In this document: positions 48,828 to 60,419 of the stretch, in pieces
Position numbering within the stretch: the stretch's first letter is position 1
Layout: every line of letters begins with the position of its first letter
Source of the DNA: Mobula hypostoma
Lineage: Eukaryota
Direction: 5' to 3'
Length of the DNA: 64,000 bases
NCBI RefSeq assembly: GCF_963921235.1
Contig: NC_086099.1
Span: forward strand, 155,806,001-155,870,000
Notes under the pieces: model-generated
Database searches by the model: none
What the model saw: only the letters and a program-made list of their open reading frames with translations
What the model was told of the DNA's origin: nothing
Position numbers and translations under genes: made by a program

Positions 48828-50945
48828 CAGTGGCAGCGCCAGAGATTTTTTTCTTGTTGGTGCTACAGTGGGACTGAATTACTCAGTGATGGTACTGAGG
48901 GATGTACCCTATGGTAATATGTATTTGCAAGGCCAGACGCGTGGCGTTCAAAAGACAGTTTCAAGCATTATGTGCCTACTATAAATGCCTCTGTTGATTC
49001 ACACGCAGCAGCAATTGATAAGTATAATATTGAAGTGAACTGTGACAGTATCAACAGCATCAGAGACAACCCGAGCTACACAGAGCATAAACAAACAAAC
49101 CAATAGAGCATCCAACCCACAGCACACAACGTGAATCACGCACCAATCCCACAATCAACTTCAAATACGTGCTTTTCAACTGAAAAACACAACACTAACC
49201 CACAATATCCACTGTTATTCGCATTACAATGCCAAAAGATACACCGTTAGTAAAGTCAAATAAGGCAAACAACAGATGCAAGGCTTTACCAGGAGTTGGA
49301 CAAATCGTAATCTGACCATACAATACCTCAATTAATTTGGTTACTATTTAAAACAGAAATCAACAGAATCACTGCTTGGAAGTCTAAGCAAAACCAGTAG
49401 GCTTAATAGCAGTAAATGTAATCGTTTAGGATTTGCAGGAAACATAAGGACTATTGGGTATCCACCACAAAATGATGATAATAATCAGCATTAATCTTGA
49501 CCCAAATTTTTAAAAAAAATCAACTGCACTCACCATTGATGTTTGCAGAGAAGCACAATCCATCTGTTGTTGTGATTGGTGGTGAAAGCATCAATGATTT
49601 TCTGAATGTCAAGTGCTTTGGTCCTCCAGCTGTTTATGGCCAACAGGGCCAAGTTGCTGTTCCGAGCACCGCCGCTGCTATTCCTTAGGTAGTTTTTGAG
49701 GCATCTGAGGCAAGAGAAACTCCGTTTGCATGAAGCAGATGTCACAGGTAGAGTCAGTGATATACAGATTAGTTTGTATAAATCTGTAAATGCATTGTGG
49801 TAGGGTCTCATTGGAGCTAGAAATTCCACTATGTCGTTCACTGTCTGTCCTTGCTAGAGACTCAACCACAGCTCTCATATACTCACGTTTTTCTTGGACA
49901 ATCTTTGCATGTCCTTTGTCAAGCATATTTCCCAATCTGAACCGTCTTGTTTTCTCAATCTGAATTCGGCCTATGCCTCCATAGCAAACTTCTGAGCTGC
50001 ACTTACACGGTAGGTTTTGAAAGCTGTTGTAGCTTTCCGCCATTTGCGGTAACTGGTGACAGTGAAGGTAGACTCAGAATGGAACCCATGTCCTCCACAT
50101 AGTATTGCCTGCATGCGAAGCAGAACATAGTATCTTTTGTGATCGAATATTCCAGTCAGTCAAACCAGCCACGAATAAAACTCCTTTGCTGATTGCCAAA
50201 CTGTTGCGAGCAGTGAAGGGTACTTTTTCAATGCTGGCCGACGGGGTTCTTCCTCAGGCTGCTGGCTAATATCGCTAATGGTATTCCCACTTGGACGAAG
50301 AGCAGCGTCATCCGCATTCTCTTCTGAATCCCACTCCATTTCTTGTTCCTCTTCGCCCTCACACTCCTTCGATGAACTGCTGTCGTCCTCATCCCCACTT
50401 ACTACTTTCTGCATGTCACTTTCAATTAAGACAGGCTCAGACTGAGACACCACTGATTCTTCTGGACGAGGTCGTTTTCTCAGGAAAAATCGATCCATTT
50501 TTCACGTTGCCAAAATAATGCACATGCCAGGCCCACGCGAGAAAGTGTGTGTGTGTAACCGTTAGTCTCGCGAGACCATGGATCTGCGCCTGAATGTATA
50601 CAGATGAGAGTGAGTGACATCACCACCTTAAGTGATCTTAAATTGGCTTAACTGGTCTGAGGACAGCAACGACAAGACATTGACAACGAACGAATAAGCA
50701 GAAGTGTAGAGTAGATCTGACAGAGTTTATAACTTCATTGCTGCGTGGGTGCTACGGTAATTGAGGGTGCTGTTTCACTAGATCAACTGGAGAAACAAGC
50801 TGTATTCAAAACTATACAGAGAAAGCAAAGCAGCTGCAATTCATATGTGAAATTTCAGTTAATTTCTTGGTGGTGCTACACTGGTGCTATTGCAATTTCT
50901 GCTGGGGCTATAGCCCCAGCTAACACCACCTTAGTGCCGCCCCTG
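48828..50945 (-). mobile_element. Internally deleted hAT transposon (TTF zinc finger, ZMYM1-like type) with an 8-bp TSD
   Basis: TSD AGTTTGGG at 48820-48827 and 50946-50953. Imperfect TIRs CAGTGGCAGCGCCA / CAGGGGCGGCACTA. Minus strand encodes RSFIRGWF..LEYSITKDTMFCFACRQY and hATC LTLPVTSASCKRSFSCLRCLKNYLRNS. The host ORF1 frame rejoins as LPDQVSLG|YVSY. Confidence 0.92.
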
Positions 50946-51937
50946 AGTTTGGGGTATGTTAGTTATAACATACAACCTTGTATTCCACCTCTGCTTAGAT
51001 GTTACAAATGTTAAAGGTTTGGGCATGTTGTGTCAGTATGTCGTGGGAACCTAAGGTAGTAAGTGTGGTGGATAACGCAAGTATGAAGATTGTGAAGGCA
51101 TAAAATTTAAATATTGTAATCACAGAGGAGAACAGAGTGCAGCTTTTAGAGGATGTGAAGTGCTTAAGAATGCAGCTGAAGTTCAACAGGTTAATGTACA
51201 ATTAGGTGTGTCTTGTGCAGAGGCCTTGCAAAAAGTTAAACTGAACCGTGATAAAGTATTACCAGTCAGAAAACAATGTGAAGTCAGAAGCTATATGTCA
51301 ACATCATAGTTCTATCACTAAAGATACTAGTTGATAAAATGAAGTTGGTAATGTTTGTAACAGATGAGGTGAATTGTACTACTCAGATATCTAGTCGTAC
51401 TGAGAAGATTAAAATTATTGTGAAATGTATCTGGGTATAGCTGGTATCATGTGGGAAGTTGTAAATGAAACTCTGATGGGTGAAATATCTGTATCTCAGT
51501 CTCCTGTGATGGTACATAATGTGATTAGGAATGTTGCAGTGAATGCAAGAAGCCTGATTCCTAATGGTCAAGACTTTAAGAAGTTTATTTCTGATTTATC
51601 AAATTCACCTGATGTTGTACACATTCAGGAAAACTGGTTGTTACCACACTTAAGATCTTCTATACGGAATTAAGATCTTCTATACAGAATTAGGCATGAT
51701 AGATTAGTTGGTGGAGCGGGTGGCATTGCAAGTTTTATAAGGAAGGGGATAGGACATAAGAGTTGTGGATGTAAATGAAGTATATGAGACATTTGTAGTG
51801 GAAGTATTTGACTTAACAGATGGGGGCATTAAAGTGGTAAATGTTTACAACCCTTGTGGAAAGCTTTTGACTGACTGGTTGGAAAACATATGTAGCTCTA
51901 GCTCACTAAGTGTTGCATGGTGTAGGGATTTTAACGA

Positions 51938-52533
51938 TCCACACCCCATTCCCATTCTGATATGTCTATCCGCAGCCTCCTCTACTGTAAAGATGAAGAC
52001 ACACTCAGGTTGGAGGAACAACACCTTATATTTCGTCTGGGTAGCCTCCAACCTGAGGGCATGAACATTGACTTCTCTAACTTCTGCTGATGCTCCACCT
52101 CCCCCTCGTACTCCATCAGTTATTTATTTATATACACAGTCTTTCTTTCTATCTCTCTCTCTCTCTCCTTTTTCTCCCTCTGTCCCTCTGACTATACCCC
52201 TTGCCCATCCTCTGGGTTTTCCCCCCCTCCCCCTTTTCCTTCTCCCTAGGCCTCCTGTTCCATGATCCTCTCATATCCCTTTTGCCAATCACTTGTCCAG
52301 CTCTTAGCTCCATCCCTTCCCCTCCTGTCTTCTCCTATCATTTTGGATCTCCCCCTCCCCCTCCCACTTTCAAATCTCTTACTAGCTCTTCCTTCAGTTA
52401 GTCCTGACGAAGGGTCTCAGCCCAAAACGTCGACTGTACCTCTTCCTAGAGATGCTGCCTGGCCTGCTGTGTTCACCAGCAACTTTGTGTGTTGCTTGAA
52501 TTTCCAGCATCTGCAGAATTCCTCGTGTTTGCG
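51938..52533 (+). mobile_element. Penelope-like 3' fragment with a hammerhead motif
   Basis: RLEEQHLIFRLGSLQP GIY-YIG end, CT-rich UTR, and AGTCCTGACGAAGGGTCTCAGCCCAAAACGTCGACT at 52400-52435. Confidence 0.88.
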
Positions 52534-53686
52534 TAGCAATGATAGTATCACTGATGTAAAGTTTTATTGTGTGAATTTAAGAAAGCTGATACTTGTACAA
52601 GTCAGATGGCTCCAGGAAAGGATGATATTATTGTATGCTTAAACATATGACCGACAACTCTCAAGATAATAAAATTTTTTAATCATATTTGGAGTTTAAG
52701 ACATCATCCCTCCTAATAGAAAGTGGTAGTGCCTATTCTAAAACCTGGAAAACCCCTGGCAGATCCTTCTGGCTTGGACCAATATCATTAACGTCCCATT
52801 TGTATTAACATGAAATGTATGATAATAGAGCAATCGAATTACATTTTGGAAAAGAGGGGTGATAATGGCACTTTATCAGATTGGATTTCAAAAGGGTAGA
52901 ATGACATTGGATTCAGTTTTATGTTTGGAAGATTATATTCAGGAAAGCACAGGTAAATAAAGAAGTTGTAATAGCAGTTTCTTTTGATATAGTAAAGACA
53001 TATGATATGTTATGGAGGGAGGGTTTTTTGATTAAATTATGGAAATTAGGAGTGAGAGGAAGGCTATATAATTTTTTCGAGTTTTTATTTGGACAGTCTA
53101 TGCAGGTAGGGGTAGGTAAGGTATATTCAGGCTTCCATGAGAAAGAGAATGAGACCCCACAAAATAGTATTTGCAGTCCTTTATTATTTAATGTTATGAT
53201 TCATGATATTTTCTCTGAGATGGGTACTGGGATGGGTAAATCACTTTTTGCAGATGATGGAGCTTTATGGATCAAAGGTAGAAATTTTAATTTAACTATG
53301 TAGGATACAATTAGTGATTAATAAGGTCGACAGTGGGCAAATAGATGGGGTTTTAAGCTTTCAGTAGCTAAAACACAAGTTGTATGTTTTACAAAGAGGA
53401 TCAATAGACATGAACTTAATTTGAAATTATATAGTCAAACTCTTGAAGTGTTGGTGGTAAGATTTCTGGGCACATGGCTGGATAATAAGCTGACATGGGT
53501 GCACTATATCAGTAAATTATTGACAAATGTAAAGGGGCATTAAATATCCTTGGGTGTCTATGTGCATATTCTTGGGGTGCTACATGAAAATCTCTGACCA
53601 TTTGTATTAGTTTAATTAGATCTGTACTTGATTATGGCTGTGTGACTTGTAGATCAGCTTCATCTTTGGATCTGATACAAGCACAG

Positions 53687-54266
53687 GTGCAGGATCTCCC
53701 AGTGGCCACACATTTTAATTCCACATCCCATTCCCATTCTGACATGTCTATCCACGGCCTCCTCTACTGTAAAGATGAAGCCACACTCAGGTTGGAGGAA
53801 CAACACCTTATATTCCGTCTGGGTAGCCTCCAACCTGATGGCATGAACATTGACTTCTCTAACTTCCGCTAGGCCCCACCTCCCCCTCGTACCCCATCTG
53901 TTACTCATTTTTATGCACACATTCTTTCTCTCACTCTCCTTTTTCTCCCTCTGTCCCTCTGAATATACCTCTTGCCCATCCTCTGGGTCACCCCCCCCCC
54001 GTCTTTCTTCCCGGACCTCCTGTCCCATGATCCTCTCGTATCCCCTTTTGCCTATCACCTGTCCAGCTCTTGGCTCTATCCCTCCCCCTCCTGTCTTCTC
54101 CTATCATTTTGCATCTCCCCCTCCCCCTCCAGCTTTCAAATCCCTTACTCACTCTTCCTTCAGTTAGTCCTGACGAAGGGTCTCGGCCTGAAACGTCAAC
54201 TGCGCCTCTTCCTATAGATGCTGCCTGGCCTGCTGTGTTCACCAGCAACTTTGATGTATGTTGCTT
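53687..54266 (+). mobile_element. Penelope-like 3' fragment with a hammerhead motif
   Basis: DLPVATHFNSTSHSHSDMSIHGLLYCKDEATLRLEEQHLIFRLGSLQPDGMNIDF. The host LINE frame rejoins as QAQ|ALKLCCGA. Confidence 0.9.
54166..54202 (+). ncRNA. Minimal type I hammerhead ribozyme motif (Penelope-associated)
   Basis: AGTC-CTGACGA-A-GGG-TCTCGG-CCT-GAAAC-GTC-AACT: conserved CUGANGA and GAAA boxes, a 3-bp stem II and a GUC cleavage triplet. Confidence 0.7.
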
Positions 54267-55630
54267 TAAAACTGTGTTGTGGTGCGGGAAGGTGGCCCCT
54301 ATTTCAGCTTTACTGGTTGAAATGGGAAAATTACCCTTACAGTTGCCGAGGTTGAAATTGTTGTTAACATATTGGATTAATTTGAAGGGATCAAAGAATG
54401 ATCACCTTGTTAAAAGTGTGTTAGAAAGCTGCTAGGAACATCACAAGAAGAGTTTTTAGTTTTGGGTGGCTGGGTTCTTATCACACTTGGAATATGGATT
54501 TGCTGGATTACACAATCCGTCCCACTGTAGCTTTTCAGTAACCCTACAGTATTTTTCTCCAGTGCTTTCGTTGATTTTGGGTTGCTCTGATTTGATGAAG
54601 TCCAAGGATCCTGAAATGCCTGAGAATCTGTTGGTTCATCAGTATGTTAAGGAAAATTATTGTGATATGTTAACCATTTTTTACTGATGGATCAAAACAT
54701 TATTTTACAGGGAATGTCAGTGTGACTGTTTTTGTGCCTGAATTACAGATAACAATGAAGAATTGTCTTACTAACTATTTCTCTGTATATTTTACAGTAC
54801 TGGTTGCCATCATTTTGGACTTGCAGTGTGTGGAGGAAATCTATCCTTGAATAGTTATAATTTGTTCAAATTTTTTTGGCTTTAGAGGTCTTAAAATGGG
54901 TCATTCTAGTGGTAGGTCATACTCACTGCTGGAAGCTCTTCAAGGTACTGGTCTTCATGTCTTATGGGTCCCTGCACATAGAGGTGTTGAGGGGAATGAG
55001 TGGGTTGATTGACCAAAAAAGCTGGTAAAGTTTATCAGTGGTTATAGACCTGCCACTTAGCCAATCAGAAGCCAAGGGGTTGGTGGGGCTAAGAATTGGG
55101 GGATTATGGTGAGACCTGTGGGATAGTGGGCATAAGGGGAGACCCCTTTACAGAAAACACAAAACTGTTGGGTTGATGGGAGAAGGGGTAAGACAAGAAG
55201 GGAAGGAATTGTATTGACTCAACTTAGAATTGGATGTACTATACTTAATTATTTCTTGTATCTTGATGGTAAAAATCACTGGGGTATGTAGGTTTTGCCG
55301 TCATTATGAAACAGTTGAACACATTCTTTTACAACGTGAACCATATAAGGCTGAAAGAAAGCAATGCAGACTGCACTACTAGCTTTGGGGGTTGACAGTT
55401 TTCATTTAAAAACTTTACTAAGATATGGAAGTGACTTGAATTTAATTCACTTATTGTCTTCCATTATTTACAATCTATAGGGCTCTTTGGAGTAGTTTGG
55501 TTTTCGTTCAATAAGGAACTAGTAGGGGTTTTATTTCCCAACTCTCTCTACCACGCTAGTCCAGTTGGTGGTGGTAATGCACCTTTTAAGTTGGACTGCC
55601 AACTGCCATTTAAAAATCTGAAGAAGAAGA

Positions 55631-55769
55631 GAAATTTGATTTTGCTTTGACATGAGAGTCTTTTCTGTTGATCAGTGTCAAAAAAGTCAAATTAAATCCA
55701 CTGTGATTCAATATTGTAATAGAATAAAATGTGAAAACTTCAAGGGGGGAATACTTTTTATAGGTACTG
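55631..55769 (-). mobile_element. Right terminal repeat of a Tc1-like element
   Basis: Ends ..AAGGGGGGAATACTTTTTATAGGTACTG|TA (minus strand: TA CAGTACCTATAAAAAGTATTCCCCCC). Inverted match to 46446-46570. Confidence 0.8.
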
Positions 55770-55818
55770 TATGAAGGTAGGCTAGCCAGTAATATAAAGT
55801 GTTCTTTTTTTTCAGATG

Positions 55819-56045
55819 TACACTTGGTAACCACGTTATTAGGTACACTTACACAGCTGCTTGTAAATACAAATATCTAATTGGCCAATCACGTGGCTGC
55901 AACTCAATGCATAATAGCATGCAAACATTATCAAGAGTTTAATTTCTTGTTCAGATCAAACATAGGAATGGGGAAGAAATATGATCTGAGTGGTTTTGAC
56001 CATGGAATGATTGTCTGAATATCTCAGAAACTGCTGATCTCCATT
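55819..56045 (+). mobile_element. Tc1-like non-autonomous element, left-end fragment
   Basis: TA-CACTTGGTAACCACGTTATTAGGTACAC start, then CCAATCACGTGG and a MGKKYDLSGFDHGMIV-like transposase start. Confidence 0.55.
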
Positions 56046-56049
56046 CGGT

Positions 56050-59000
56050 AAGTTTCAATTAGGTCAGTTTCAACATAGCCTTTCTAAAATAAAGAACATG
56101 AAACTGCTCACAATACTCCAAGAGAGGCCTTATCAGTGCTTTTAAAAAGTCTCAACGTTATATCCTTGCTTTTATATTCTAGTTTTCTTGAAATGAGTGC
56201 TAACATTGCATTTGCCTTCCTCATCACTGACTCAAACTGCAAATTAATCCTTAGGGAATCCTGCATAAGGACTCCCAAGTCCCTTTGCACCTCAGTATTT
56301 TGTATTTTCTCTCCACTTAGAAAATAGTCTACACTTTGATTTCTTCCACCAAATGCATGACTATACGCTTCCTGCCACCACGTTCCATCTGCTACATCTT
56401 TGCCTAATCCATCAAATTCATCATTCAGATTATTGACCTATAATGTAAAAAGCAGTCCCAACGCAGAACCCTAGTCACCAGCAGCCAACTGGAAAAGGCT
56501 CCCCTTATTCCTACTCTTTCTCTCCTGCCAATCAGCTGCTGCTTTATCCATGTTAGGACCTTTTCTGTCATACTATAAGCTCATAACTTGTTAAGCAGCC
56601 TCATGTGTGGCACCTTGTCATCCCTCTGTACTAAGACTGTGCCCTGGTCCTAGACTCGTCCGCTATAGGAAACATCCTCCCTACATCCACTATATCCAGA
56701 CTTTTCAATATTCTGTTACTTTCAGTGAGATTCCTCCCTCATTCTTCAGTCCAAATCAGCTCAGGGCGTATAGATCCAAAACAATCAAAAGCTGCTTGTC
56801 CATTAAACCTTCCATTTCCAGAATCATTCTCACAAACCTCATTGTGACCCTCTCCAATGCCAGCACACCTTAGATGACCCTAAAACTGCTCACAATACTT
56901 CAAGTGCAGTCTGACAAATGCCTTATAAAACTTAAGCATTACATTCTGGCTCTTATACTCTAGTCCACTCAAAATGAATGCTAACAATTGCACTTGCCTT
57001 ACTTACCATTAAGTTCTACCAAAGAGTATGTCAATGCACTATACATTACAGTATATTTCATCAACCACTTCCTTACCTATCCTCTCAATCTGTTTACATC
57101 CTTCTGCAGATTCCCCCTTTCCTTAACACTACTTGCTCCTCCACCTATCTTCGTATTGTCCACAAATTTGACCACAAAGCCATCAATTCCATCATCCAAA
57201 TTATTCAAATATAAAGTGAAAAATAGCAGTCCCAACACTGATCCTCAGGAACACCATGAGTCACCTGCAGCCAAACTAAAAAGGTCATTGTTTTTCTGAC
57301 TGTTTGCATCCTACCAGTCAGCCAATTTCCTCTGCATGCCAATATCTTTCCTGTAAGACCATGGGCTCTTAAATTGTTATGCAGCCTTGTGCATGGCATC
57401 TTGTCAAAGGATTCTGAAAATCCAAGTACACAACATCATCCAATTCTTTGTCTCTCTTGCTTGCTATTTCTTTAAAGAATTCCAACAGGTTTGTTAGGGA
57501 AGAATTTTCCTTGAATAAACTGTGCTGACTATGGCTTATTTTATCGTGTGCCTCCAAGTACCCTGAGACCTCATCCTTAATAATCGATTCCAATATCTTC
57601 TCAATCATTGAGGTCAGACTAACTGGCCTATAGTTTCCTTTCTTCTGCCTCTCTCCCTTCTTAAAGTGGAGTAACAAATACAATTTTCCAGTCTTCTGGG
57701 TCCATTCCAGAATCCAGGGATTCTTGAAAGATTATTTCTAATGCCTCCGCATTCTCTTCAACTACTTCTTTCAAAACCCTGAAGTGTATACCAGGTGGTT
57801 TATCTACTTTCAGACCTTTCAGTTTCCCAAGAACCTTCTCTCTAGCAGTGGTAACTTCACACACTTCTGACCCCTGACATTGTCGAACTTCCAGCATATT
57901 GCTAGTATCTTCCACAGTGAAGGCTAATGCAAAATACTTGTTCAGTTTGACTGCCATTTCCTTGTCCTCCATTACTATCTCTCTGACATCATTTTCCAGT
58001 GGTCAGATATCCACTCTCAACACTTCTACACTTTATGTATCTGAAGAATATTCTGGTATCCTCTTTAATATTACTAGCTAGCTTACTTTCACATTCCATC
58101 TTTTCCTTAATAACTTGTTTCGTTGGTTTTTAAAAGCCTCCCAATCCTCTAACTTCCCACTAAGTTTTGCTCTTTTATATGCACTCTTTATGTTGGGTTT
58201 GATTTCTCTTTTCAGCCACGATTATATCATCTTCCATTTGGAATACTTTTCCCTCTTTGTGATGTATATATCCTGTGCCTTCTGAGTTGTTTCCAGAAAC
58301 TTCAGCCATTACAGCTCTGCCATCATCCCTGCTAGATTTTTTTCCCAGACCACTTTGGCCAACTCCTCTCTCATGCCTCTGTAATTCTCTTTACTCCACT
58401 GTAATACTAATCTATCTGTCTTTAGCTTCTCTTCAAATTTCAGGATGAATTCTATCCTATTATGAAAAGAGTTCCTTTACCTTAAGTTTGCCAGTCAATT
58501 TCAGTTCACTGCAGACCACTCAATCCAGAATAGCTGATCCCCTAGTGGGCTCAGCCACAAGCTGCTCTATAAAGCCATCTTGTAGGCATTCTAGAAATTC
58601 ACTCTCTTGGGATTTAGCACTAACCTGATTTTCCCAATCTACACTCACATTGAAATTCCCCATGAATATTGTAACATTACTGTTTCGGCATGCATTTTCT
58701 ATTTCCTATTGCAATTTGTAGACCACCTCTTTACCACATTTTGGAGTTTGTGTCTAACTCCTACCAGGGTCTTTTTACCCTTGCAGTTCTTTAGCTCTAC
58801 CCACAATGATTCAAAATTTTCTGACCCTATGTCACCTCTTTCTTGATTTCATTTTTTACAACAGACCCACACTACTCCTCTGCCGACCTGCTTGTCCTTT
58901 TGACACAATCTGCATTCTTGGATGTTAAGCTCCCAGCTATAGTTTTCTTTCAGCCATGATTCAGTGATGCCCACAACATCATAAATATCAATCTGTAAAT

Positions 59001-60330
59001 GTACTATAGGTTCATCTACCTTATTCTGTATACTGTGTGCATTCAAACATAACACCTTCAGTCCTGTATTCACCCTTCTCATTTTGTCCACCTTTTATGT
59101 TTCAACTTGCCATGTTGACTGGAATTTTTGCCCCATCATCAGCCTTTCCTTGCTAGGAGTTGCGCCACACACTTCCTCTGTTTGAAAACCAACTACCTTA
59201 TTCTCAGTGTTATCACTCTGGCTCCAGTTCCCCTGCCTACTTAGATTATACCCTCCTGAACATCTCTGGCCAACTTGCCTACAAAGGTATTTGCCTGCCT
59301 CGGGTTCAGGTGTAACCTGTCCTTTTGTACTAGTCATACCTTCCACTGAAGAGATCCCAATGATCCATAAATCTGATCCTCTGTCCCCTGCACCAGTTCC
59401 TCAGCCAAGCATTCATCTGCCAGATCATCCTATTCTTATCCTCGCTGGTATGTAGCACAGGCAGCAATCCAGCAATTACTACCCTGGAGGTCCTGTTTTT
59501 TAACTTTCTACCAAGCTCCTTAACATCTCTCTTCACGCCCTTCTCACCTTGTCTACCTATGTCCTTGGTGCCAATATGTACCAAGACTTCTGCCTGCACA
59601 CCCTCCCCTTGAGAATGCCACGGATCAGATGCAAGGCATCCCTGATCCTGGCACCTGGGAGGCAACATACCATCCGGGTGTCTCTATTGTGCCCACAGAA
59701 TTTCATCTCTGTTCCTCTGACTATGGAATCTCCTCTCACCACTATAGTCCTCTTCTCGTCTATGCTCTTCTAGGCTACAGCACCAAACCTGGTCACTGTG
59801 GGCTCCCCCCCCCCCCCCCCCCCGGTAAGTCATCCCCCTTAACAATATCTCAGTGTCTAAAGTGGTATATTTATTATTGAGGGGAACAACCACAGGGGTA
59901 TCCTGCACTGGTTATGCATTTCCCTTCCTTCTCCTGACAGTCACCCAGTTACCTGTCTTCTTCTACCTAGGAGTGACTACCTCTCTGTAGCTCCTATCTA
60001 TCACCTCATTCTCCTGTATGAGGTGAAGGTCATCGAACTGCAGCTCTAATTCCTTAATGCATTCTCTCAGGTGCTTCAGCTCAGTGCTCCTGGTGCACAT
60101 GTGTTTATCCAGGAGACCAGAGATCTCCTAGAATTCTCGCAACTCATACACAGTACAAAACACTGCCCCTGAAGCCATTCTCGCTTATCTACTATGCTTA
60201 ACAGATGAGGAATGAGCAATTAAGGACAAATGAGGAACTTGCCAGATACTCAACTGCACCCAAGCCTGATGAGCCAAAAGCCACTCAATACGCTGGCTCA
60301 CTCAAAAGAATGGCCGCTCCGCTTGCACTT
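56050..60330 (-). mobile_element. Degenerate near-full-length CR1 (ORF1 esterase, APE, RT) with extra rearranged 3' fragments
   Basis: GDSIVRGTE..MVCCLPGARIRD and VLVHIGTKDIGR (ORF1); LCLNAHSIQNK..GITESWL (APE); NYRPVSLTS, VVYLDFQ (RT). Confidence 0.9.
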
Positions 60331-60419
60331 CCATGATTTTTATTTGTCCTTTCTAATGAATGCTCAGTGTTTGATCACAGTCCAACTCCAAGAAAACTGC
60401 CGTGAAGTTCTGTCTTAAT

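Larger units (their letters stand above)
48168..55630 (+). mobile_element. Second I-group (Nimb-like) LINE, near full length but degenerate (gag-like ORF1, APE, RT, RNase H, zinc finger), with nested hAT and Penelope insertions
   Basis: ITGVPVEISIEEVK..EVKRL..PPLLRCYKC.RFGH (CCHC gag); NARSLIPNGQDFKKFI..IQENWL (APE); YDMLWREG..SPLLFNVMIHD..LFADDGALW (RT); IFTDGS..WVPAHRGVEGNE (RNase H); ETVEHILL; (GAA)n tail at 55620-55630. Confidence 0.85.

Noticed and set aside
51651-51690. 20-bp tandem duplication TAAGATCTTCTATAC(G/A)GAAT
   Set aside because: A local slippage inside a dead LINE endonuclease with no evidence of function.
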